NCBI GenBank assembly: GCA_002104905.1
Contig: MCFE01000026.1
Location: forward strand, 1-64,000
Source of the DNA: Basidiobolus meristosporus CBS 931.73
Taxonomy: Eukaryota > Fungi > Basidiobolomycota
Direction: 5' to 3'
DNA length: 64,000 nt
Below are positions 34,845-48,800 of the stretch, piece by piece. A model generated the notes under the pieces. That model had not been told where the DNA came from. It was given only the letters and a program-made list of their open reading frames with translations, and made no database searches. The stretch's first letter is position 1. Each line of letters starts with the position of its first letter. The translations under genes and the position numbers were made by a program.

Positions 34845-37800
34845 TCAAGAGCTATTGCCGACTGGCTGTTGTATATCCAATATAGTGACAATATGTGGCA
34901 TGGTAGGTTGTTGCACATAACTCTTGATCGTGTTTTGAGGATTCGACGATGGGTGTGAGGTGCCATCCAAACTGGAAACTGTGCCGTTGCCAGAGTCCTC
35001 CTTCAAGACGACTCTTGTGGCCGCTTCCATTTGAACGCTTATCTTCCAGCGACTCAGATTGTAAACCGCTGGTCGGGTGAAGCAGGCGTTAACCTTGATT
35101 TGATGCTCTTCTTCGGGAGCAATCGTTCCACCAAAAGTCGTAGGCCCAGTCCAGTGGTATTTAGAAGGATTGATGGTGGGTTTCACCAAAATGTTCCTAA
35201 AAATGGAATATGTCAGCGGAAGTCGGGCAAAGTTAGACAGTTGGGGCAGGTACCTGGCACTAGAGGTAGTGTCTGATGTATCATGGTACGGTAACATCTC
35301 CAAAGAATAATTGACCATCCAATTCCACGAACAATTTTTAAGGGAAAACGTGACAGGAATTTCTACTAAACTGTGAGTCCAACCATTAGTTGGAGTTCGT
35401 ATGATATCAATTTCGTGGAGTCCATCCGCTTACCCGTTAGAGTTGAAGTCATGTTGATATACGTCCTTACAGTTGACCCGAACCCGTAAGGGGTTCTCAT
35501 CTTTACGTGTCTTCGTTAAGCTATTGATTAGGGCCGCTTTTTCACGAAGAGTAGCTTCGAATAGCGCGCGATTTCCAGATGAAGCTGGATGGCTGAGGAA
35601 ACTTGGATGGAATGGGTTCTGTTGCACACCTGGGTTGAAGCCAATGATGAACTGATGGCCGTGTCGTTGTTGTCCCGGGATTCGCCAAAACAGGCAGAAA
35701 TCAATGTCGTTGGTATTAAACAAAGTAAAGATACTTTTATGTTTGGTGGAGGGAATCATCGAGTATTGGTTCTTCAAGGACAATCTACGGAATTGCATTC
35801 TGGCGTTCATGAAAAGTCCTTTCAACGGGTCCTCATATGACTTGACTCTCTCTTCTCCCTAAAAATTATTAGATCAATTGGGGGATTCAATGGTTCTTAT
35901 TGCCATCGGTAGTCACTTACAAGGGGGATGTCGACATAGGTCAAATCAGTAAGTGGAGCAGCGGACTCGATCTTCTGGTTAATCAATAGGGACTCCAGAC
36001 CATTCAATGTAAAAAGCTCTGGTGACATCCTCTCTTTAGTGGAAAGTTCCTCAGGGCTCAGCTGCTTGATCCGGAAATAGGTAAGTGTAGTTTGCTTTGG
36101 TCCGATTACCGTTTCAGTTGGCAGTTCTCTGCTCGATAGTAATGTGGATCGTGATAAATAAATAGAGTCGAGAGGTGATATTATGAGCTAAGCTTACTCT
36201 GATGAGATAGGTTGTATTTTCCAATACGGACTCATCGATGAGAGCTGCAGCAACTCAAACTGAGTTCCTGTTTGGACATTCTCGGCCTTTGAAGAGGTTA
36301 GTTGTTGTCCAGTAGAAGGTTGACCAAGAGAGGCATTACCTCCAGCCCAAGGATGAATTCGTTGAGACGCAAGGTGCTCTGGCGAGTAAAGGCATTGATC
36401 TTCAAGGATGGGATCACCTGAGTGGTGTTCTGGTAACGCAGATATCGGATGCTATTCGCACCAGTCACTTCCTATCAACGATCATATTAGTCTTGGGGCG
36501 ATCAGTAAGTTTGTGTCAACACCAACCTCGGATTGGTAGCTAAAGATATAAAGGAATGAATGACTTCCGATTTTATCCCCTCTAACCCATATAGGAACCT
36601 CCACAGCTTCACCCGAACCCAGCTGCGTGAGTGAGATTGAGATGACACTTGGATCGAATAGACTGTTATTGGTGTCTACTGTGTGCAAACTATCTTTGCA
36701 AGCAGATGTATCTAGGAAGCCAAGGTGATAGCAGAGAATTAGTCGGATTCTATTGAATTAAATTAAACTATAAGATATTACCTTCCGTCGATTCGGCCGA
36801 TGGCTGCCCTATGTGAAAGAAGGCAGGATGGCTAACCTTCACGTTGATCTTTTTCATTCCTTTTTGACCAATATTACGTACAATCAATGTGGATTGTATT
36901 ACTTCTCCTGAAAATAAGATATTCGGGAAGTCGCGGAATTCGACATCTAATAAGGGCATTGGAGAGGTCACAACCATATCCAAACTATTGTCTTGACCAT
37001 AGAACTTTCCGAGTCGATGTTCTTTGGTGTCGTTCAGACGCTTCCCCTTCTTGGAGAATTGTTTGAATCCTCTTGCAACATGGTTCAATGTATAATGAAC
37101 ACCCGCAATACGAATGTACCCTTGCTTCTTGGGCGTGATTGCAACAGTAATCTACATCGAAGAATCAGTACCACAAACATATGACAATGGCTAGGATAAA
37201 AGTCTAGTGGTAATTACCATTTTCTGCTCATCCCCTTCCATGTTGATATCACCAACTTGACCAGATTCCATATAATCCAATGGCTCTTCATCTGCTGGAG
37301 GTGTAGAATCGTAGCTTTCGCACGATGTTTGGAATTCTTGTTCCGAATATACGCATTTAAGACTTATATTGCTAATCACAATAGGGACTTGCATAGGATT
37401 GGTCAAGACGAAAGAGATGGTGACCGGCTCTAGAAAATCACGGTTAGGTTTACCCGCAACGGCCGAATCCCTCATCCAACACATACCTCCGAGAGCACAA
37501 ACGGTCTGGCCATGGCGAGTGCTTTTATCCTGGATATACGGCTCTTCTAGGAAGTAGTCTTGTTCTACAGACTCCCAGTCTCCTCCATCATGCTCTAAAG
37601 ATTGCGAGCTTGATAACATTACTTTTACAGATGAGTTGTCAACTATTGGTATCGGAAGTCCTCCGTAGGGAAGTAGTTCAGGTAGCTGACCAGTCTCCTG
37701 AACATATTGCTAAGTGTGAAAACCAAAATAAGTAAAATGATGAACCATACATAAGCCAAGTAAGAATTGCTAATTCACCTGATAGATGTTTAAAAACTCC

Positions 37801-40219
37801 GTCAAATAATTGGTTTGCAGAGCAGTCGACTGTCTGCTCTCCCTCAAAAGCTTCAGAAAGTACTCAACGGCTGCCTGTAGGCAGTGCTTACGAACGTTTT
37901 GGCACCCAAGTGCAAAATGAATATGATTTTCAACCAGCGACCAATTCTTGGTTTCGAACACCAACGAAGCAGCTCGATAGCAATGGAATGCAAGTTCATG
38001 CTGTCACTGATGATAAATAAAATAATATTTGGATTCCCAAGGCTTTTGATCACCCACCTGCTCTGCTTTGATGTAGCGTGATCCGGCTAGTACAAGGTGT
38101 GCTCCATATTTACGAACTTTAGGTCTGAACCCTCTCAAGAAACTGTGAGCAGCTTGCTCTAAAAACAGGCCGCTTCTCAGATCTGAGTCCTTTATCGTGA
38201 TTAGATAGGTTAATATTGACACAAGCTGGTGGTTTGATTTCTATGAAAGATCCTCTTACATCGCCCGACATTCGAATTAAAACAGATGGTATGTCCTTGT
38301 ACATACCACGATATCTGAGCATTTCATAGTAGAAGATGGCAGTGCGTGCACCCAGCTCTGGTGAGCCGACCTTCAGATAATTGGAAATGGCCTGTTCGTA
38401 ATTACTTTCGATATCGTTTTTGGTATTGATGTTTTCCATCATTAAAGAACATAACCCCATCATCTCCTAATGAATTCATGATCGGTTCTTGTAAATATGC
38501 AGATCCTCGAATAAATAGGTTGGAAAGGTACTAACGTAAGCGCCAGCAAAGTATTTCCAAGCCTTGTCTGTACTATAATCTTTTTTGACCGTGTCATAGA
38601 CAGACAAGGCGAATTTGTAATCTCTGAGCATGAATGCGAAGTCAGCGAGTCTACGCATCTGCGCTTCAGGAGCGGAATGGTGATACCTTTGTGGCAATGA
38701 TTAAACTAGAGAACCAGATAACGGGCTACTTTGGTGACTTACATTACACCCGATATTCCTGATCCTCGTATCTGAGGGGATTGAATGATTCCGGAGGGCT
38801 TGTTGCTTGAACCAAAGTATTTTCGAGATGCACTAAATAAACGACCGGTGAAACCCCGTCTAATGCTGGCGACCTAAACATAGCATTGAAATAAGAAACG
38901 GAGTCTCTTGAATTGCCGGATAAACCATACCTGCTCATTCCAGTGATGGATACTACGTTCCATATATGGAATAATACTCTGCACAACCATCTCCTTGACG
39001 AAGTTCTGTATAAGGTAGAAATCCTCAAAAGTCAAGCAACATCCTCGAACCAATGCTTTACTCTCTCCATCAGCTTGCTGGGGCACTGCAGTGATGGACA
39101 AATCTTCAGCATCGCTCTTCCATATATCAGGTACAACCTGGCCATCGGATGTGGGAGTAGCATCCGGAATAACGGAATTGATCCGTAGCAGATGGCAGTG
39201 GACACCAAAGGTTTTTCTCATCTTGTCAAAGAGTTGCTCCGATCTACATTGTGACAAAGGAAAATGCCATGGGATGTGTCAGTCCATGTGGGATTGGTGC
39301 CATGAGGAAAAATACTGCTGCTCTCATACTCTGTAATATTTCCGTTTTGATTGTCATGCAACAACACATAGTATCTAAGAATATTGGAATCAATAAATCC
39401 TTTATCATATATAGGTGCTGAAGCGGCAAGGTTGTGAAGTTGCTGTAGTGTATTGAATGGGTCGGGATTCTGGGAGGAGATAGCAATCACACCTAAGGGA
39501 ATGTGAGAACCCTTATTTCAAGATCAGAAATTGGGAGAATAAGCACACTTACATGCAACAGGGTGGTTGAACGTATCGTGCTCCGAAATATTAAACTGCT
39601 TGATATATAATCTACGATATTCAGCATACCAAGGCATATGCGTTTCTATTTGTGCTACAGGTATAAACTCAGAGTAAGCGATGGAATTCAATTGAAGTCG
39701 GGTTCGATAGCTTCTTAATAAGATATCAGGAAGTCCCTTCTCACCAGATAAATATTCGTCGTCGACATCATCCTCGTTTTTTATTCTCTTCACTGTCTCA
39801 ATCTTCTTGCTTTCGTTGTTGACGACGTCGGAAAATGCACTGGGGACTAAGGAGTCCGAGGCATGTGGGAGATTCCGTAAATCCTTGAATCTAACTCCAA
39901 ATTGTTCCAAAGAATTAGGTAGCCCTTGGGAATCGCGAGCCGTCACTGTAACGGGGCCAAACTCAGTAAGTCACGCAGAAAGCGGTAAACAATCGTTCAT
40001 GAAATGGTTCTATAAACCGGGCTCACCCTTTCCATCGATGCTCTCCCCAAATGGTTGGATAAAATCCAAGAAAGTCGATAGATGATTTTTCTGACACAGT
40101 GCATCCACATCCGGAGTCGAGATAACTGCTACTACAGGATTAAGCGACTTCACAACAAACTGTTTGGGAGAATACATTTCATTATGGGATAAATTAGGTG
40201 GCATTATCGTGCGTGCCAT
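34845..40219 (-). CDS. TRS85: TRAPPIII subunit Trs85/TRAPPC8, multi-exon
   Basis: PVVAVIST...FLDFIQPFG, HDTFNHPVAC, LRYYVLLHD, MVVQSIIPYMER, EAQMRRLADFAFMLRDY, LFLEQAAH, GHQFIIG. Confidence 0.93.
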
Positions 40220-40475
40220 AGTAAAGCAACTGGCTCACGAAATATCTTGGAAAGGAGCGATATTGGCTGACAAAGTCTAGCCAGTATCTAAGACTGCTTA
40301 ATTAGGTTGATTAAATGCTAAACGCATTTCTCTTGAAATTAGCTGACGCATACTGCCAAGGACATTGCACATGATAAAATCAGTGAATGGGATAGAATTA
40401 GATTTGCTTAGATTGAAAATATGATGCAAACAGTTACCAAGTATTTATTTTAGAGCTTGTCAGAAAGAAGATCTT

Positions 40476-40529
40476 GAATACTATCAGAAATTTCAGAATG
40501 GATTTTTCTTGGATTTTTTGATAGTATTC
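40476..40529. repeat. Short inverted repeat/hairpin (11-bp perfect stem)
   Basis: GAATACTATCA...TGATAGTATTC. Confidence 0.7.
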
Positions 40530-41247
40530 GCACCTTTTCGATACGACGGTGTTCCACTCCAAACACAGTCATAAACTTTGTAACAGCCCTTCAGAGTTGC
40601 AGCCTATATATTGCATGTAGCATTATGCTTAAATATGGGGCCCAATCCTCCTATTTGAATCCAGATTAGATTTCTGCTGATATTCATCAGGTATTCTGAT
40701 AGAGATATTTATATTACTAAATTTTCATAGTAGGTCAAGTGGACCTTTCAGTAGAATGCAGAACTTCACTATAATTTGGAAGGTTCTAGAGTGTGGGCTT
40801 TGATGTATTATTATTAATTAGAAGCTAAACCAATTCCAAGACTGGTAAACTTCTCACCACATTGGTTATCAGTACACTTGTATACTACTACTATCACACT
40901 GGTCTCATGACAATCACCAGAGGAGAGAACTATAAACGTTATTGAATCGCAGTCCACTGCCTGTCAATTCGCATTAGTAACACTAAATTACTAATACTCT
41001 CAATGAATATAGACACCAGACCTCGGATTCCTACCGATCGCAAGGTAATCCCCCCACTTCCTACTCTATAAAGGGAAATTCCATTCTGCAGAAAAATCCT
41101 AAGTCACAATTTATAAATATTCTTTCGATTTGTTATATCAAGATCGTACGAAAAAAACGAGCAAACAATTGTAGATCCCATCACATATGTACTCTATATC
41201 ATCAGCTACCCTTCTTTGTACTACTTACATCGAAAAAGCGTGTCGCC

Positions 41248-42338
41248 ATGAGTAATCTCCAGCATCTCGCCATTCCTGAGCCCGAATCCCCCTCGGCCCT
41301 CGATAAGGCCAGGGAAAACCCCGAGACTTACAGACTCCTGGAGGAAGTACTGCTAAACAAGTCTGGCAAGGTTCAACTTCACGACCAATTCCGTGCATTG
41401 TTCACCTTGAAGTGCTTGGGAAATGAGAAGAGTATCGACATTATTGCTAAAGGTAAATGGTATGTGTAGAAATCATGTCCATTCAAGTATATCAATCTTT
41501 TCCATTTCCTAGGCTTTTGTGATCCCTCAGCTCTCCTCCGTCACGAACTGGCTTATGTTCTCGGACAGATGGGAAATCCATACGCTTTACCCGAGCTGAC
41601 TAAAATCCTGGAGACAAAGGAAGAGGACCCAATGGTTAGACACGAGGTAAGATTCAATTGAGTGTATCTCACACGAAGTAAACACTTGCTCATAACACTT
41701 TGAAACAGGCAGCAGAGGCTATGGGCGCCATTTCGGACACCGCTGCTCTTGGTATTCTCGAGAGCTATTTAAGTGACCCGGAGAAAGCTGTTGCCGAGAC
41801 TTGCGAGCTTGCAATTGCAAAAATCAAATACGACCAAGAGAAGAGAGCTCAATCGGCCCGAAGCCAATCCGCCTACACTTCTGTCGATCCTGCTCCACCT
41901 TCCGATGAAGATTCCATCGAAAAGCTGAAGGAGATCTATCTGAACCCTAAGCAGCATTTGTTTGAGCGTTACCGCGCGATGTTTGCCTTGCGTAACATTG
42001 GGACCACTGAGGCAGTTTTGGCTTTGGCCGAAGGGTTCAAGGATGAAAGCGCATTATTCCGTCACGAGATCGCGTTTGTCTATGGACAAATGCAGCATCC
42101 TGATAGTGTTCCTGCTTTGGTAAAAGTCCTCACGGATGCCTCAGAAGCACCTATGGTGCGCCACGAAGCGGCCGAGGCACTTGGCTCCATCGCCACCCCA
42201 GAGGTATTGCCCATCCTTCAAAGCTTCAAGGAAGATAACGTACAGGTGGTTGCGGATAGTTGCAACGTTGCATTGGACATGTACGAATACGAAAACAGTG
42301 ATCAATTCCAGTATACTATTCTGCCCAAGTCCGATTGA
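41248..42338 (+). CDS. LIA1: Deoxyhypusine hydroxylase (HEAT/PBS repeats), 3 exons
   Basis: [55 protein letters not shown]. Confidence 0.96.
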
Positions 42339-42479
42339 TCTCTGTTATGATTGTAAGCTAGACTGCAAACTAGATTGGAAACTAGATTCATAGATGAGGA
42401 AGTTGCCTGATTATATTTATTTTATGTGTTCGATTAAATGTATTGAAAGCCACACGAAAGCCACACATTTGCGATAGCA

Positions 42480-45219
42480 CTACTCTATTAATCCAACAAG
42501 CTCTTTTGTGAATTTGGCGATTTCAAATGAAGCGCTGGCCAACTTTTGCTTCAGAACCTTGTGATCAGAGGTGGTTTTGGCAAATTCCCCTTGAAGTTTA
42601 GACATCTTACTGTTGCTTGCCTCTAAATCAGAGAGAATAGCTGCTGCTCGATGTCGATATGGTGCTCCTGTAGTGCTATTGGTAAAGCTATTCCGCGAAA
42701 CACTTACCAGATCCTGTACAATATCATTGATGTTCTTTATGGTGGTAGTTAACTCTTGTCCAAATCGGGAGCTCCTAATAATTTGCAGGAGCGCCTGGAT
42801 CGCTTGCACAATAGAATCGGTCTGGCCTTCCAGATACTGCTTAAGCTCATCAATCTCCAGGACCGGGTGTTTACTAGAGCTAGGGCTAGTATCTCGAGTG
42901 CTCAAGTTGCTTAATACAGCCGATAGTGTCAGATCGTCATCGGAGTTGCTGGATTCCTCGGCATTGTCAGCGACGGGCTTTTTGATTTTGAGTAGTTTGA
43001 CTAAATCCACAATCGCTAATGTGAGGTTCTTTGCTGCTGTGTCCAGCAAAGAAACTGGGCTAACGCCAAATCCAGTGGCGTGGTTCTTTGCTGCGGTCAT
43101 TAATTCCGAGAGATTGGTAGAGATTTTTGACATAAGAGTATTGACGCTGTCCTTTTGGTTGGCACCTTCAGCCGATGTGATCTTCGATTTCTGTTTCTCA
43201 ACACTTTCCGTAATTGATGTACATATCATGACCACTGATTTCATGGCCATTAGAACTCCATTGGATGCGTCCGATCTGGTTCGATTGCATTAGCGTGGTG
43301 CAATGCTATGGACATAGTTTTGCCAACGTACCTGGCTGCAGTGAGCAGGTCATCCATAGTCACTTGATAAGTGGCGATCTTATCCATCTCGATGACACCA
43401 TCAAGGTGAGGCGTTAACAAGCCATTTTCATCTATGGATGCTTTGGGTGCAGTGCGTATGTAGGCCGAGGTCGCTTCAAGAAAATAGGTTCAATATCGCT
43501 GAGGGCTAGTATTAATGCTTTCACGGCTACCTTTTATGCGCCATAGCTCGGCCTTCGTCTCTTCCAGCTTTTGCTGCATCTTTGATTTCTAATGCAAACT
43601 GGAAGTCAGCATATACGACACGTAACAAAGAAAACCGCAAAGAACACACTTCTTCAACTGTAAGCTTCAATTTGGCTTGCGTTTGCTCGTGTCGTGATAT
43701 CAATTCTTCGTTCTTCTTGGATATTTTTTCAATTTCTGATAGTAAAGTTGCCACTTCGGCCTTGATGCTATTGCCAACCTATCATGAAGTGTCGTAAGAA
43801 GATGGTGGCCTTGAGATGCTAACATTTCTTTTAACCTCTAGCTGGCACTTGTAATCTTTCAGCAGGCGTTCATGGTCTTGTTTCAAACTTGAGAGGATCG
43901 CTTCTTGGTGTTGGTTTAACTAGTTTGAGATGGAGAGCAATGTTAGAGCAACCCTTTATCTGGAATGTGCTAGATAACATACAGATTTTTGTTTCTCTAA
44001 CTCGGCTTGCAATTCCTTGACTTGGGCTGACCCAGCCACTGACGTCTGTTTTGATAAAGCAATTTTAGCTGTATGCTACTGGGCTACAAGTGTTCCATAC
44101 TTTAGCTTACCGAATGATACTCCGCCATCTCATCGCTGTATTTTCGGGCGTTGGCTATTTCTGCTCCATGGTTAACATCTCCATTCTGGCAATCGAAACG
44201 ATTGATCGTTAAGAAACAAAGCACGAAAACCTCTACAAAAAGTGCACCGTAAAACCTGAGTTGGGAAATCTTCTTTCGGGGAGTGTCGAGTAGAATTGGA
44301 GTTGGAGTTTTCTTGCTTCGGGATGGGGCGTACTTCTTTATTTTCACCTATCATGTGTCCCAGATCGGCCATCAAGCTATCCAGAGAATCGAAATTGACC
44401 AAAAAGTCATGGCTTGGAGAGCTAGCTTCAGTTGGTGATGGTTTTATAATATCGGATTTCGGCTTATTCGGCAGCACCGTGAATTGGCTTGGGGATTTTT
44501 CTTGTATGTCACCATCCGATTTAGACGAGTAGACAGAAGTACTCATGCTTTGATAATTAGAAGGTTGGGAATTTAGGGAACGGGGCTAGTTGACGTTCAA
44601 ACCAAATTGGAAACTGTCAATAAACGTGGTTCGAGAGGTTCATATCGATGTGCCAGTTACCTTTTCGACACTTTTGACCTCTTTGATTCTTTCCTCCTTT
44701 AACTCCGGATACCTCCTCTCTAGCTCGCAAAACACGTCACTTGCGAGATCCTTGAACCGAATCTTCGACAGTGTGGCCAACTTCTGACGTGCTTGGTTAC
44801 GCTTTGGGTGAAAATCGTCACTTACGGGGAGAAAAGGTTCTAAAGGGGACGAGGTCAACTACAAACGGGCAGGTGAATAGACAAGAATAACCCCACCTTT
44901 TTCCGAATTCAACATGCGCCGGGTAAGCTCGTCGTACACATCAGTAGACAGTTCTTGAAACTGTTGACGCGACAATTTGGTTAGTTTCTCCCTAGCCGAT
45001 TTTCTTTGTCCACTGATACCAGATTGCTCTTTAAAGTGTATGAAAAGCGTAAGTAAATATTAACAAGTCGAAGAAGCGTCAGCTTCGTCCCTAACTTGGT
45101 TCCGCCTACTTTTGAAATAACAACAGCAACTCAGAAAAGCAAGTCTCACCTCTTTGTAGATATGAAGACAAATAGGTTTTTAAGCCCTCATGATGGGTTA
45201 TGGCTAAATCTGTAGCCAT
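42480..45219 (-). CDS. SPA2: Polarisome scaffold Spa2/GIT-like, multi-exon
   Basis: Two SHD repeats (AREKLTKLSRQQFQELSTDVYDELTRR; KRNQARQKLATLSKIRFKDLASDVFCELERRYP), a coiled coil, and C-terminal KQKLASASFEIAKFTKEL. Confidence 0.9.
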
Positions 45220-45870
45220 AGTGATATCTCCACTTCTCGTAGAGTGGTTTGGTTTATCTTAAATGAAGGGTCTCAGACGGGCTTTGGATTACAGAACAGG
45301 TTGTAGAAAAGATTAACACAGCTTGAGGGTGGCGATAGTTCAATGAGGCACATACAGGAGATAGTAGTGCCTATACCCCTTGGTTCAATACGGTTAGCAC
45401 TTCAGTTACACAAAGCGATTTCTACAAAAGGGATTTTGAATTTAACCAATTCGGACCTGACCTGTGCTAAAATAGTTGAACACCTAATTACGAAACGTGA
45501 TACGTGTCTAATGCAAATCATTATGCATTGGTGTGTACAGATAATGAACAGAATGCTGATAGGAAACACTTATTGGCTATACTTTCAAATTGGCTAGCTT
45601 ATGGTTGGATCTTACAGAATTAGATAACATATGATTGCACTCGATTAATGGTATAAATCATGGAGTGGATGGGAAAATACCAATCTTGGTGGCTCTAGAC
45701 ACGAAAGACCCCAGTTGTGGGACTTGCAATATGGGATGTTCAGTCCAGCCAACAAAATACATATTGTTTATTGGCCTTCGTCGGAAACTTTAAATATTGC
45801 CCATATAATATGGTGGGCGTTGAGAATAATTTCTACTAGTAAATACGTGAACACGGCAAAAGTGGGCAAG

Positions 45871-48800
45871 CTAGGGTGAGAGCAATCTTTGGAGTTCCTC
45901 CAACAACAATGGATCAACCTGACTCAGGACTTGCTGTTGAAACATTTGTGGACCTCCATGTGCGTTCTCACTTTCCTTCAGTTTGATCTGTGTGTAGTGT
46001 ATTAGATTAGTGGAGTATACAGGGTCGTGTTGCAAAAGCTATTCACGCAGGTTAGTATGGAGATGTGGAAGAAAAGCAACCAATCATGGTCTACCTCTCG
46101 GCGTCGGTTGCTCTCGGGATTTCCCTCTGAATCCTCCTCATACTCAGCGTTCTCGTCCCAGTAGATGGATGAGCTATATGAAGTAAAGTTAGGAAGCTCC
46201 ATTCCGTATGGCTCATTTCTCACTATGTACATACTCTCCATCCCCGCTTTCCTTAACCTCAGTCAGAACATCAGTCCAGATTCCCACCAATTGAGGGAAT
46301 CGTTGATTCAACTCCGGTATATCGAAGGCAGCGAGAGTAATGAATGCCAGAGCATTCAGCTTTCTCTGTTTGGGATGGCCCATGTTATCAAACTACAAAT
46401 GAAACAGGGTCAATGGATTTGGAGTAGAAAGCACATGTTTGTCACCCTACCTTATCAATCCACTGGTCAAGGAAAACCCCTAGAAGGTCTGGCTGCGGAG
46501 GATTGCATCGTTCACCAGCCATTCTCACAAATTTGACGAAGAGCTCCGGATCAACCAAGGCCACGCGGGCAAAAGTGCACAAATAGTTGACCAACACATA
46601 TGCGTATTCCTAGTTGTTGAAGCATGGTTAGCTTAAGCTGCGTCTCTGGACTCCTCGAACTAGCTAACCTTGTTTTCCAAGATCGCAGTCATTAGCTTCC
46701 ACAATAAACCTGAGGATATCATCGATTCACCACACAAGTTCATGCGATTTAACTGAACAATGGTTTCGATCACATGTGTAACAACTCTACATGCTTCAGG
46801 CTTCAGGTCACCCAAGAGTCTGGTAAATGCTTCCATGATCGGATTCGAGAAATTCTGCGCAAAGAGTTACTAACTGTAGCAAGGCGCTTTTCGTTTGCAA
46901 GACGCTACCTGTAGAATCATATCTGGGGCGAGGAGTAAATAGCTCTCAACGATCTTCAAAACCTTCCTCAAGCTTTCAGATCCGTATTCCAATAGATTGA
47001 CTGCATTCGGGAAAATCGAATACAGTTCTTGCGAGCATTGAGTGGAATTCTGGACCGCAATATGCCATAAATCCAGGCCATCCTCTAGTAAATATACATG
47101 GGCGGGCTACATCTATTGTGAGAATCATCGCCAGAAACAAAACAAGAAATTTGCCACATACATGGTTGAGATCAATGCTATGCTGGACGAGAGGAACGAC
47201 AAAATTATGCATATTAGTTGAGGCCTCGCCCAGAGCCTAGAGTAAATGCAATAAATTAATATTCTTCCAGAAATGGCTTCGTCAAGGCCATAGCACTTAC
47301 TCCAACAAGCTTGGTGACCGTCAACAATATGGAGGACTTGAAAAGGTTTTCATCTTGAGACCCGAACCAGAGTGGTGGTAGCAGATCCATTACCCGTTGA
47401 GCGAAAGGAAGTATCTGAAAAGCCACGGTAAGTTTAGACCCGGCGCAACTCTTCCGTGGGAAACAAAGCGTACCTGCTTCTCCATACGCTCAACTATCAT
47501 TGCTAATGTGTTCAAGACACGCATTCTACTGTCGAACTCTTCAACAGAGCCCAGCATCTTGGTAATCGACTCAATGGAAGGTTCAAGGTATGGAATGAAT
47601 TTCTCGGGTTCGAAATCCCAGTCGTCAATGCGTAGAAAAGGTTAAGGATTATAAAATGGCCAATACACAACACAATCCGAAACTTAGATGAATGCCTAAA
47701 AAGATATAATTTCGTAGATTGGCTACTGCGGTGATTCTGACCACCAGGTCTTCCTCGGAAACCATCAAGTTAAGGAGCATCTTGTACACCTCGATGCGGG
47801 ATTCCTTGGATACTTTAATACCGATCCACTTGCCTATAAGCCAGGCAATTCTGCGGCGAATAATCTTGAAGCTGGATGAGAACTGGTAAGCTTTCAAATT
47901 GTCGGATCCCAGCATAGAAATCTTTGTTATAGTTACTTTGAGCTCTTATTGTTTACCTCCCCGCTCAACCTCTCGATAAGCCATCTATCAAAATCTAAGG
48001 CATCGTAGAGATCATGGGCAGCCAAACCAATTGAACAATAAACAGCATCTTTTAACAGAAGACTATTCATGTCATCTATGCTTCCGTCTACAAAAGCGTT
48101 ATTCGCATATCCGTAAAGAGAAATGCTCAATACGTTCTTACCGGATACACTTCCCAAAGAGTTAAGAAGAACAGGGGTGAGAATTTGACGATATTGCGAA
48201 AACAAGTCCATAAAAACTTTTTCTGCGCAAGCCTATTGCAGAAAATGTCGAGCAAACAAGTCCAAACGGTTAAAACGGTGAAATGATGATGCGCGAGAAC
48301 AAACTTATTACCCGAAGATGATATTCCCAATGATCGGCCTCTTCTTCAGCGAGCCATTCCTCCGGCTCAGTATCCCACATCTCCAGATCCTCCTTCTTTA
48401 GCAATATGTAGTTTGTTATCAGTATCTCGGCAAACCGGGTAACGAAGGTGGGCGTCAAAACGTTATTGTCCAGGACAGCTCGAACCCGGGTGACCTCAGA
48501 ATCTTGGGTGCCTGTCGTTTCGATATACTGCTTAATGAAAATGCTTGAACTCTTGGAGTAAGAATTGAATTTTACCTCCATGACTTGAATAAGCAATGTT
48601 CTTGACAATATTTTTGATAAGCAGAAGCCCCTGAATCAAAAATTTCTCAAAGGGTGGGGGTTGTGATGGTTCTAATGGCCAATGTTTAGTTGAGGTTGCT
48701 GAGATAAGTAGTCTAGAAATGTCTCGATACGTACCTACAACATGTTGGAGATTACTGACTCTGGCCCCTTCCGATAGTAATATATCCCAATAATATTTGA

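Noticed and set aside
47606-47627. GGTTCGAAATCCC T-loop-like string
   Set aside because: It lies in a KAP120 exon (DDWDFEPEKF) and has no D-arm or acceptor stem.
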